NCBI GenBank assembly: GCA_964510585.1
Contig: CAZECW010000187.1
Coordinates: 60,001-92,000, forward strand
Direction of reading: 5' to 3'
DNA from: an uncultured archaeon
Lineage (GTDB): Archaea > Asgardarchaeota > Jordiarchaeia > Jordiarchaeales > Jordiarchaeaceae
Length of the DNA stretch: 32,000 nt
Shown here: one piece after another, positions 1 to 7,572 of the stretch
Layout of the letters: every line of letters starts with the position of its first letter
Position numbering within the stretch: position 1 is the stretch's first letter
The notes under the pieces: generated by a model
The model's database searches: none
Told to the model about the DNA's origin: nothing
The model's input: only the letters and a program-made list of their open reading frames with translations
Made by a program: the position numbers and the translations under genes

Positions 1-1
1 T

Positions 2-421
2 TACTTAAATGCTCACATAAACATAATCCAGAACTCTTTACAAGATAGAATACAGCTAGTCAAGTCCTCAGGCCAAATCATTGATGGAGTCATCCCAGAG
101 GACTTAAATTTCGACGCCATCATAAGCACCCCTCCATACCTCCCCTCAAAAGTAAAACCCTTAGGCAAAAAATTCGGGGGCAGCGCAGAAGAATTATTAG
201 GCGGTGGCAAAACGGGAGCCGAGTTTTCGCTAAAATTGATAAAACAGGGAGCCCCTCACCTAAAAAGGGGCGGTAGAATAGGACTAATCATACCTATGAA
301 AAAGGAAACAGTTGCAGAATGCATAACACACGCCATGAAGGAGGAGAAATTACGTGTACAAAATATTCGCCTAATAACTGGCAACAGAGAACGCCGCATC
401 ATAATCGGAAAGAAAAATTAA
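2..421 (+). CDS. Class I SAM-dependent methyltransferase, RlmF/METTL16- or HemK-like, 5'-truncated by the window edge
   Basis: Frame starting at base 2 is open to TAA at 419-421: YLNAHINIIQNSLQDRIQLVKSSGQIIDGVIPEDLNFDAIISTPPYLP...ELLGGGKTGAEFSLKLIKQG. FDAIISTPPY matches motif IV (NPPY-like), followed by a GG..G.EF segment. The ORF-track call at 236 is only its C-terminus. Confidence 0.7.
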   Translation, partial: YLNAHINIIQNSLQDRIQLVKSSGQIIDGVIPEDLNFDAIISTPPYLPSKVKPLGKKFGGSAEELLGGGKTGAEFSLKLIKQGAPHLKRGGRIGLIIPMKKETVAECITHAMKEEKLRVQNIRLITGNRERRIIIGKKN

Positions 422-436
422 CCCTTCAAAAAACTT

Positions 437-1237
437 TTACCTTTCAAGTATCATCTTTGGCGCCCCCGCAAGCTTCACCAGAGCCTCAGCCTCCTTAAAA
501 TGAAGTTTCCCAGTAACTATGAGAATGTGTGGAGGGGAACCAAAGTCAAAAGAAATTAAATCATCTAAAAAACCAGCCTTCACCAATGGTTCTGGTGATC
601 CTGCCCTCGCGATTCCCACCAAAACAGCCTCTTTGAGAACCTGCCTCCTTTTTTTACTGTCAAAATAATTCAAAAACTCCAAACCCTCCTTGACCGTCAT
701 ATAACGAGATGTGTCGGCCCTAATGTCCAGATAAACAAGCGTATGGAGTCCTCTGAGCCTGTTCTTCCTAACCACAAGGTAGGGGGACTCGGGAAAATAG
801 TTGGCTTCGGGAAAAGGTATGCTTACCGAGTTTCCAAACTTATAATTGGCCAATCCACAAACACTGGGGGCAGCAGAGAGAATAGAAGCCGCATGAACAA
901 TTTTAGTATCTATGCCCATATTTATTGCACGCAGCCTCAAATCAACATGAGTAGTGGATATCAAAGGATCGCCTGGAACCAGAAAAGCGACGTATCCTTC
1001 TTGTGCGTCGCGCAAAATGGATTCATGAGGATTCTCCTCTACCTCCCTTCTTGATAGTACATTAATCTTCTTGCCCACCAATTTTTCCAAGGTCTTAAGG
1101 TTAAGACCTCCCATAAAGCTGGTGTAAAACTCGGCGTAAATCTTGTCGGCTTTTCGTGCCTCCTCCAAACCCCTGAGCGTCAAATCATACTCATTCCACA
1201 ATCCTAAACCAATAAACACCAGCTTACCCAATTTCAA
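437..1237 (-). CDS. dph5: Diphthine synthase (diphthine methyl ester synthase)
   Basis: LVFIGLGL, YAEFYTS, LVPGDPLISTTHVDL, YKFGNSVSIP and GLHTLVYLD motifs; TTG start. Confidence 0.95.
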   Translation of the reverse strand: MKLGKLVFIGLGLWNEYDLTLRGLEEARKADKIYAEFYTSFMGGLNLKTLEKLVGKKINVLSRREVEENPHESILRDAQEGYVAFLVPGDPLISTTHVDLRLRAINMGIDTKIVHAASILSAAPSVCGLANYKFGNSVSIPFPEANYFPESPYLVVRKNRLRGLHTLVYLDIRADTSRYMTVKEGLEFLNYFDSKKRRQVLKEAVLVGIARAGSPEPLVKAGFLDDLISFDFGSPPHILIVTGKLHFKEAEALVKLAGAPKMILER

Positions 1238-1304
1238 GCACCTAAACAGGCCGATGATCGCAAAAATACTTGGAACAATTAAGATTTAATCATTGCTTCA
1301 ACAG

Positions 1305-1712
1305 TTAACTCTCCATTATGGGCATGAAAACCGCTTTCACCTGCTGGATTCCTCTGATTCCCCTCACTCTGCCCATTAAATCTAGAAGTCTCTTAGAATC
1401 GCCTTCGGCAATGAGAATCTCCAAACAATATTGATCCTTTATATGTCTATGTATGTTCTCAATTATGATGTCGTCAAACTCGTGGCGAATCTCTGAGATT
1501 CTGTTCTCCACATCTTTCCTCTTATACTCACTAGTGATCATTATGGTGGCCGCGGATTTTTCCTCCCCCAACTTATTAATCTCTGACTCCGCTATTAGAT
1601 TGCGAATGGCGTCTCTGAAAGCTTCGGATCTGCTGTAGTATCCTCTGTTCTCCATGAATTTCTCAAACTGTGACAATAACTCTTCAGGCAGGGTTATGCT
1701 AACTACAGTCAT
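1305..1712 (-). CDS. nikR: NikR-family nickel-responsive regulator (ribbon-helix-helix plus ACT-like domain)
   Basis: N-terminal RHH (VSITLPEELL...GYYSRSEAFRDAIR). The high-affinity Ni ligands His, His-x-His and Cys are present in IRHEF...NIHRHIKDQYCLE. Confidence 0.88.
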   Translation of the reverse strand: MTVVSITLPEELLSQFEKFMENRGYYSRSEAFRDAIRNLIAESEINKLGEEKSAATIMITSEYKRKDVENRISEIRHEFDDIIIENIHRHIKDQYCLEILIAEGDSKRLLDLMGRVRGIRGIQQVKAVFMPIMES

Positions 1713-1831
1713 TCAAAACCACCAATAATATTAACTAATTACATTAAAATTAATATCTTATTAATATTTTTCCATTATTTTTTGGCATTAAGTTAATATA
1801 ATTGTTGTTTATTGGTTTTTTGGGAATCTTC

Positions 1832-3913
1832 ATGGAAAAAAGACGAGACCAAGGAACAGAGTGCCACGAGGTCTGCGAACTAGAAGGAGTGCATTGCGCT
1901 GATTGCGCGGAGAGAATTGAGAGGGTGCTCTCCACTTTAGAGGGGGTTACCCGTTCAGAGGTTAATTTTGCTGCAAAAACCCTTACAATCGATTATGATA
2001 AGGAAAAGGTTAGCATCGACGAAATTAAGGAAACAGCCAGAAAAATAGGCTACAATCTTAGGCTCCACGAAAAACCCAATTTGGAAACTAAAAAGTATAT
2101 TCTGGATATTCTCCGGATCGGCTTCATCGGCTTCCTAATGTTTGTTAGCTGGGCAAACTTGCTTCCCTCATATATGGGTTATGACGCGTCACTAGTCGCA
2201 GTTGCTGTAGGTGCTTATCCCATACTGAAGGATGCCTTCTTTTCCCTAAGAGCTAGGAAGATTGAGGTCTCTGTTTTTATAAGCATCGCCCTCATTGCCA
2301 CAGTTATTCTGGGAGAGTTTCTGTCAGCAGCTGCAATAACATTTTTTGTCCTAACAGCTTGGTTTGTTGAAGAGTTTACTGTGGATAAGAGTCGAAGAGC
2401 TATACAGGAAATTGTTGAGATAGCCCCCAAGAATGCACTCGTAATGAGAGACGGTAAGGAGTCACTGTTACCCATTGAGGAGATAAAAACCAGTGACATA
2501 GTGATAGTCAAATCTGGAGAAAAAATCCCAGTAGATGGCAGAATAATCTCTGGGCAGGCTCTAGTTAATCAAGCAGCAATTACTGGAGAATCCCTATCTG
2601 TGGAAAAGGGCTTGGGAGACCCTGTTTTTGCGGGAACCATAAGTGAGGTGGGCGTAATTCAAATAAGAGTTGAAAGAACTGGTGGCGACACCACAATAGG
2701 AAGAATCATTAGAATGGTGGAGGAGGCTCAAGAGGGCAAAGCTGCCATACAAAAAGTAGCCGATAGATTCACCACATACTTTACACCACTGGTTCTAGCC
2801 ATATCATTCCTCACATTCCTACTAACTAACAGTATTATAACTGCAGTTACAGTATTGGTTGTCGCTTGTCCCTGTGCTGTAGCTTTAGCCACACCCCTTG
2901 CTGTGGTAGCCACAATTGGAAAATCTTCCAAGAGGGGAGCTTTGATTAAAGGGGGAAACTATCTTGAAGCATTGGGAAGGGTGAACATTATTGCCATGGA
3001 TAAAACTGGAACCCTAACTATGAACAAGCCCCAAGTAATAGATGTAAAGGGATTTGACGGTCACAGTGAAGAAGAAATAGTTCAGCTGGCAGCAATAGCC
3101 GAAAAACGCTCAGAACACCCCCTGGCCATCGCAATAATGAAGAGGGCTGAAAAGGAGGGAATAACTGTTCCAGCGCCTGAAGAGTCAGAAATCATACGGG
3201 GTAAAGGAATAATTGTGAAAAGCAACGGCAGAAAAATTATACTGGGAAACATGGAACTTATGAGAAACAATAATGTCAAGATTCCCAGCAGTGTAAAGAG
3301 ATATATCTGGGAGAGGGAAGAAGAGGGAAAGACCGCACTACTCATCTCCCATGACGGTCATGTTTGTGGAGTAATAACTGTGGCAGACGCGCCCCGATAT
3401 AAGTCTAAGGAAACCATAGCTGAACTGAAAAAACTGGGTGTAAAAACAATGATGCTTACTGGTGACAGTGCCCGAACCGCCAGAGCCATAGCTAACCAGC
3501 TGGGCATAGACGAAGTAATAGCGGAAATGTTGCCTGAAGAAAAGGCCAACAAAATAAAAGAACTAGAAGACTCTGGAAAGAGGGTGGCTATGGTGGGCGA
3601 CGGAATAAATGATGCGCCAGCCCTAGCCCAAGCCACAGTAGGAATAGCTATGGGAGCTGCGGGAACCGCCGCCGCCATGGAAGCGGCAAACATTGTACTT
3701 ATGGCAGACGATCTGGCAAAAATTCCCGAAATAATCCAGGCAGGCAAAAAAACCCTTAGAACAATAAAACAAAACATCACCATTGGAATAATATTCAACA
3801 TTATTGGTGTAGGTTTGGCGGCATTCGGCTTTCTTACACCCTTCCTAGCGGCAGTAGCACACTTCCTACCCGACCTAGTTGTATCTCTAAACTCTTCCAA
3901 GCTGATTATTTAA
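1832..3913 (+). CDS. Heavy-metal-translocating P1B-type ATPase with N-terminal HMA domain
   Basis: GVHCADC metal-binding domain, TGES, CPC in TM6, DKTGT phosphorylation site, SEHP, TGD and GDGINDAPAL. ATG at 1832 is preferred over the upstream TTG in AT-rich promoter DNA. Confidence 0.95.
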   Translation: MEKRRDQGTECHEVCELEGVHCADCAERIERVLSTLEGVTRSEVNFAAKTLTIDYDKEKVSIDEIKETARKIGYNLRLHEKPNLETKKYILDILRIGFIGFLMFVSWANLLPSYMGYDASLVAVAVGAYPILKDAFFSLRARKIEVSVFISIALIATVILGEFLSAAAITFFVLTAWFVEEFTVDKSRRAIQEIVEIAPKNALVMRDGKESLLPIEEIKTSDIVIVKSGEKIPVDGRIISGQALVNQAAITGESLSVEKGLGDPVFAGTISEVGVIQIRVERTGGDTTIGRIIRMVEEAQEGKAAIQKVADRFTTYFTPLVLAISFLTFLLTNSIITAVTVLVVACPCAVALATPLAVVATIGKSSKRGALIKGGNYLEALGRVNIIAMDKTGTLTMNKPQVIDVKGFDGHSEEEIVQLAAIAEKRSEHPLAIAIMKRAEKEGITVPAPEESEIIRGKGIIVKSNGRKIILGNMELMRNNNVKIPSSVKRYIWEREEEGKTALLISHDGHVCGVITVADAPRYKSKETIAELKKLGVKTMMLTGDSARTARAIANQLGIDEVIAEMLPEEKANKIKELEDSGKRVAMVGDGINDAPALAQATVGIAMGAAGTAAAMEAANIVLMADDLAKIPEIIQAGKKTLRTIKQNITIGIIFNIIGVGLAAFGFLTPFLAAVAHFLPDLVVSLNSSKLII

Positions 3914-3959
3914 AAAGAAAGAAAAGAGACACATTTTTGATATTTGAAATTTGGGATAG

Positions 3960-4583
3960 CTATCTTCCTTTTATCCCTAGGAGGATGGCTTGTATTCCAC
4001 GAATTATGAAACCTAAGGATAGGGAAAAGACCAGCAACAAGTAGCCCGCCGAGGGAATTATGAAGTAAAAGCCTATGGGCGGAATGTAGGTACCGTTAAG
4101 CACAAGTAAGAAGGGTGGCCAGTACCACAAGATGGTTCCTAATGTGGGGTTCAACAGGATAAAGAAAGATGCAGTGACAATCAAGATGCCAAAAAACAGT
4201 AGAAGAGCCCTATAACCCGTGTCGAGATCCGAGTCAAATGCTCCTTGGATTATCCCGTTGAAACCGTTAAAAAGCAAACCCACACCCAGAAGTATGATCA
4301 AAATTGAGATGCCAATCAGGGGAAAAACTATCACTATAACTGCTATTACTAAAGATGTTATTCCTAGTACTAGCCATAAAACTCGCCACTCACTGGGAAG
4401 CTCCTTATCCTCCAATCCCACAGAAACTCCCACCAATCCTACGATTAAGAGCGAAAAGGCGAAAAGCAGAATCATGGTGAAAATTGCCACGGTGTAAAAC
4501 AGCCAAACCGCAACTGCAAACGTGATAGCCATTAAACCCAGTATCGCCAACAGAGCTCGATACCAACTAGGTGCTTGACTCAA
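3960..4583 (-). CDS. DUF308/HdeD-like membrane protein
   Basis: Repeated hydrophobic hairpins (LWLVLGITSLVIAVIVIVFP; LLLFFGILIVTASFFILLNP) with G-x3-G patterns; GGAGGAG ribosome-binding site before TTG. Confidence 0.65.
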   Translation of the reverse strand: MSQAPSWYRALLAILGLMAITFAVAVWLFYTVAIFTMILLFAFSLLIVGLVGVSVGLEDKELPSEWRVLWLVLGITSLVIAVIVIVFPLIGISILIILLGVGLLFNGFNGIIQGAFDSDLDTGYRALLLFFGILIVTASFFILLNPTLGTILWYWPPFLLVLNGTYIPPIGFYFIIPSAGYLLLVFSLSLGFIIRGIQAILLGIKGR

Positions 4584-4830
4584 AACAAATTCTCCTCCAA
4601 CTCTTTAAAACAAAAATTCAGTCACACCGTTTAAGACTTACCTGTGAGCAAGTTTTCTAAAACATTCCTCCAACAGAATATACAATACTCCCCCTTTTTT
4701 AGGTGTTTTTCTCCCTTTGGGTGAGTTTGGCTCTTCAAGGTCTTTCCGATTCTAAGGCCCATAATGAATGGTAAGGCAAAAATGCTTTCCATATTCCCTA
4801 CAGACTAAGTCACACCTATTTTTCTCCACA

Positions 4831-4843
4831 AAAAATTTATGTA
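4831..4843 (+). promoter_or_regulatory. Probable BRE/TATA of the tRNA-Lys gene
   Basis: AAAAA-TTTATGTA about 42 nt upstream of the mature tRNA 5' end. Confidence 0.45.
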
Positions 4844-4899
4844 CCCAAACGCTTAATTCTCTAACCGTCCAAAAAAATAACAGCGGGCTGCTAGCTCAG

Positions 4900-4931
4900 A
4901 AGAATGGATTCATATTTATTCGTCTGAGCAA
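4900..4931 (+). other. BHB tRNA intron at position 15/16 (32 nt)
   Basis: Central helix GCUC(4894-4897)/GAGC(4926-4929); bulges AG|A and AA|U; exon helix CUA/UAG; intron helix AGA/UCU. Confidence 0.9.
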
Positions 4932-4970
4932 TTAGGTAGAGCGCCAGGCTCTTAACTTGGTGGTCGCGGG

Positions 4971-5001
4971 AAACCATAAGAGGCGTACTCTGGTTCGCGA
5001 A
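4971..5001 (+). other. BHB-like tRNA intron at position 53/54 (31 nt)
   Basis: Central helix CGCG(4965-4968)/CGCG(4996-4999); bulge GG|A; intron helix AACCA/UGGUU; 3' site AA|U with a weak exon-side helix (relaxed BHB). Confidence 0.88.
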
Positions 5002-5081
5002 TTCGAATCCCGTGCAGCCCGCCTAAACATTTAATTCCACCACATGTCTTTTTTTAAATTTCTCGAAGGAGATATGGTTTT

Positions 5082-6146
5082 TTGGCGGATCTAATTCCTT
5101 GTCTAGTAATCTCTAAAAAGAGGGCACAGGAGGCCAAAATTGTTCTCTCGGAGCTAGGTCTCCTTGACAATAGGATGCGTGTTTCAAGTGATTCCGGAAA
5201 TATTTTTTGGCCTCTGGTTAGGGAGATTTCAGAGAGTGAGCGTTCCATTTTGGAAAGCAGGCTGGGTGTTTTTGAGTTGGCTTACACTGAGCCCAAGCTT
5301 AGGATGAAGCGGCCAAAGAGTATTCTGGAGGAGTTATACGAAAAACTTTCTCCCAGCCAGTTGGCTTCACTGCCCCACTCTTATGATGTGGTGGGCGACA
5401 TTGCAGTGCTTGAGATTCCGCAGGAGCTTTCTGATAAAGGCTCCCTTATAGGTAATGCAGTTTTAAATGTGCACAAAAATGTGAGGGTGGTTTTGGCTAA
5501 GGCTGGGAGGGTAAATGGTGTAACCCGCGTTCGAAAGTTTATTCATCTTGCGGGAGAGAATAGGACAACTACGCTGCATAGGGAGAATGGCTGCGTTTTC
5601 CGGGTGGATTTATCCTCGGCTTATTTTAGTCCACGCCTAGTGACTGAGCATGCCCGCGTAGCAAGACAGGTTTCTCCCGGCGAAGTGGTGGTGGATCTCT
5701 TTGCGGGTGTAGGTCCCTTCTCCATTCAAATCGCTAAAAGGGTGGATGCGCACGTGTATGCCATTGATATTAACGAGTCGGCAGTGGAATTGTTGAAGCA
5801 GAATATTCATTTGAATAAGGTTGAGGGTAGAGTTTTCCCAATCTTGGGCGACGCTCGAAAAGTGGTGGAAGAGAGGCTTTCTTCCAAAGCGGATCGGGTT
5901 ATTATGAATCTCCCAGGCGAGGCTGAGAATTACATTGATGTTGCATGCCGGGCAATTAAGTCGGGGGGAGGAGTAATTCATTACTACCAGTTCTCTACAT
6001 CCGAGTCTGCAGACGAGGTGATTGAATCCCTAACCAGAGGTGTTGAGGCAAGTTCCCGAAATGTGGTTAAAATTCTCGGCTTTAGGAAGGTGCGGCCAAG
6101 CGCACCACGAGAGTGGCAAGTAGTTGTGGATGCACAAATCAAATAA
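5082..6146 (+). CDS. trm5: tRNA (guanine37-N1)-methyltransferase, Trm5 family
   Basis: SYDVVGDIAV, HRENGC.F.VD, YFSPRL..EH.R, VDLFAGVGPF and RVIMNLP motifs; N-terminal D1-like domain present. Confidence 0.88.
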   Translation: MADLIPCLVISKKRAQEAKIVLSELGLLDNRMRVSSDSGNIFWPLVREISESERSILESRLGVFELAYTEPKLRMKRPKSILEELYEKLSPSQLASLPHSYDVVGDIAVLEIPQELSDKGSLIGNAVLNVHKNVRVVLAKAGRVNGVTRVRKFIHLAGENRTTTLHRENGCVFRVDLSSAYFSPRLVTEHARVARQVSPGEVVVDLFAGVGPFSIQIAKRVDAHVYAIDINESAVELLKQNIHLNKVEGRVFPILGDARKVVEERLSSKADRVIMNLPGEAENYIDVACRAIKSGGGVIHYYQFSTSESADEVIESLTRGVEASSRNVVKILGFRKVRPSAPREWQVVVDAQIK

Positions 6147-6298
6147 CCTGTTTCCACATTGAATCACCCAGAAGCTCTCACGCTATACATATTGTGGAGG
6201 GCGGGCTTCCTCGTCTCAATTTTTGTTGGGATAATCCCGAACATGCTAGAATTGTAGACGAATTTTGGAGTTTTTTGTGGAAAACTAGTTGTATCCTT

Positions 6299-6733
6299 TT
6301 AGGGGGCTTCCGCGATTAGGGTTATTTCGACCTTGGTTTGGGGATCCTTCAATTTTTGGACTAGTTCTCTGTTTAGGTCTAGTGCTGCCTTGTTGGCTTT
6401 TATCATTATTGTTCTATCACTGTGGTAGGTGCTTTTTCTCGCCACTATGTCGTGGGGATGGGTGAAGGTTAGGTGGGGGCTCCCCTGGCCCTTAATGGTT
6501 TCTGTTTGGTTGTTGACTTTTAATATCATGGTGATGGTTGAATTTTCTTTTTTCGCCAATTCTTTAAACGATTCGCTGAGCTGTTTGGCTCCCTTATCTG
6601 CGCATACGGCTACTATGCAGTCTCCCCTGATTGTTAAGTCTTCTCTGGTTGTTATTTCTAGGGTTGTTCTGTGTGTGGCGGAAATGTTTGGGTGGCCCCG
6701 TGCATGTATCGTTTCTTTTGCTTTTTTGGCCAA
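6299..6733 (-). CDS. DUF371 domain protein
   Basis: ARGHPNISATHRTTLEIT.E..LT.RGDCIVAV.ADK and IVARKSTY.SDRTIMIKANKAA signatures. Confidence 0.88.
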   Translation of the reverse strand: MAKKAKETIHARGHPNISATHRTTLEITTREDLTIRGDCIVAVCADKGAKQLSESFKELAKKENSTITMILKVNNQTETIKGQGSPHLTFTHPHDIVARKSTYHSDRTIMIKANKAALDLNRELVQKLKDPQTKVEITLIAEAP

Positions 6734-6820
6734 GTCTTTTTACACCGATAATTATTTTTGTATGACGCGCAATTAAATGTTAAGAGAGGATGCAAAAAAG
6801 AGTTGCGTGAGTGGAGATTT

Positions 6821-7557
6821 TTGGCAAAAAAGGACCTATTGTTTGAAAAGAAAAGACTTCTGGAAGAGTTGAAACGCTCGGGGTTTGTTACTCGGGAAAA
6901 CGTGATGCGTGCGTTCCTAGAGGTTCCCAGGGAAGAGTTTGTGCCCCAGAATCTCAGGGACAAGGCCTATGCTGATCATCCTCTTCCCATTCCTGGAGGT
7001 CAGACTATATCTGCGCCACACAAAGAGCACATATTATGCTTTTTGGGCGTGACATGGTTGTAATGATGTGTGACGTACTAGAATTGGAAGAGGGTATGAA
7101 GGTACTAGAGGTGGGCACGGGGTCCGGCTACCACGCAGCACTATGCGCCGAAATAGTGGCGCCCACCGGCTCTAACGCTAAAGGCCATGTTTACACTATT
7201 GAACGGATTCCAGAATTGGTAGAATTCGCCATAGATAATTTGAGGAGGGCGGGGTACCTTGACCGGGTAACCGTCATCACTGGGGATGGTTCGGAAGGAT
7301 ACAAGGAAATGGCTCCCTACGATGCTATACTCGTCACAGCCGCAGCTCCCAGAGTTCCCCAACCCCTAGTTGACCAACTAAAAATAGGGGGGAGAATGGC
7401 CATTCCCCTAGGAAGCCTCTTTATGTACCAGGAGCTGGTAGTAATTGAAAAAGTGGAGGAGGGCAAAACCAAAAAACAAAGATTCGGCTCAGTAGCCTTC
7501 GTCCCCCTACTGGGAAAATGGGGATTCAGCACGAATTCCAGCTCTTTATCTCTCTAA
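6821..7557 (+). CDS. pcm: Protein-L-isoaspartate O-methyltransferase, intron-containing (join 6821-7019, 7052-7557; 234 aa)
   Basis: Exon 1 encodes VPREEFVP...AYADHPLPIPGGQTISAPH; exon 2 encodes MVVMM...VLEVGTGSGYHAA, APYDAILVTAA and QLKIGGRMAIP. TTG start at 6821 follows GTGGAG. The two track ORFs (6758-7063, 7036-7557) join in frame after removing 32 nt. Confidence 0.92.
7020..7051 (+). other. BHB intron in pcm mRNA (32 nt, frame-shifting)
   Basis: Central helix CGCC(7014-7017)/GGCG(7046-7049); 3-nt bulges AC|A and UG|A; 9-bp intron helix CAAAGAGCA/UGCUUUUUG; exon helix UG/CA. Spliced junction GCG CCA C|AC ATG = A-P-H-M. Confidence 0.88.
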
Positions 7558-7572
7558 TTTTTGTGAATGTGG

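Larger units (their letters stand above)
4885..5021 (+). tRNA. tRNA-Lys(CUU) with two introns (exons 4885-4899, 4932-4970, 5002-5021)
   Basis: Joined exons give a 74-nt cloverleaf: acceptor GGGCTGC/GCAGCCC, D-stem GCTC/GAGC, anticodon arm CCAGG-CT-CTT-AA-CTTGG, T-arm GCGGG-TTCGAAT-CCCGT, discriminator G. CCA is not fully encoded. Confidence 0.95.

Noticed and set aside
13-210. 65-aa minus-strand ORF
   Set aside because: Antisense to the truncated methyltransferase that occupies 2-421 on the plus strand.
6150-6163. GTTTCCAC motifs (also near 28874) as ORB origin boxes
   Set aside because: Partial matches only, with no G-string, no repeated array and no orc1/cdc6 in the window.
6758-7557. pcm as a frameshifted pseudogene or two separate genes
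   Set aside because: The break is a 32-nt insertion forming a strict BHB whose excision restores the motif exactly; a random frameshift or sequencing error would not do this.
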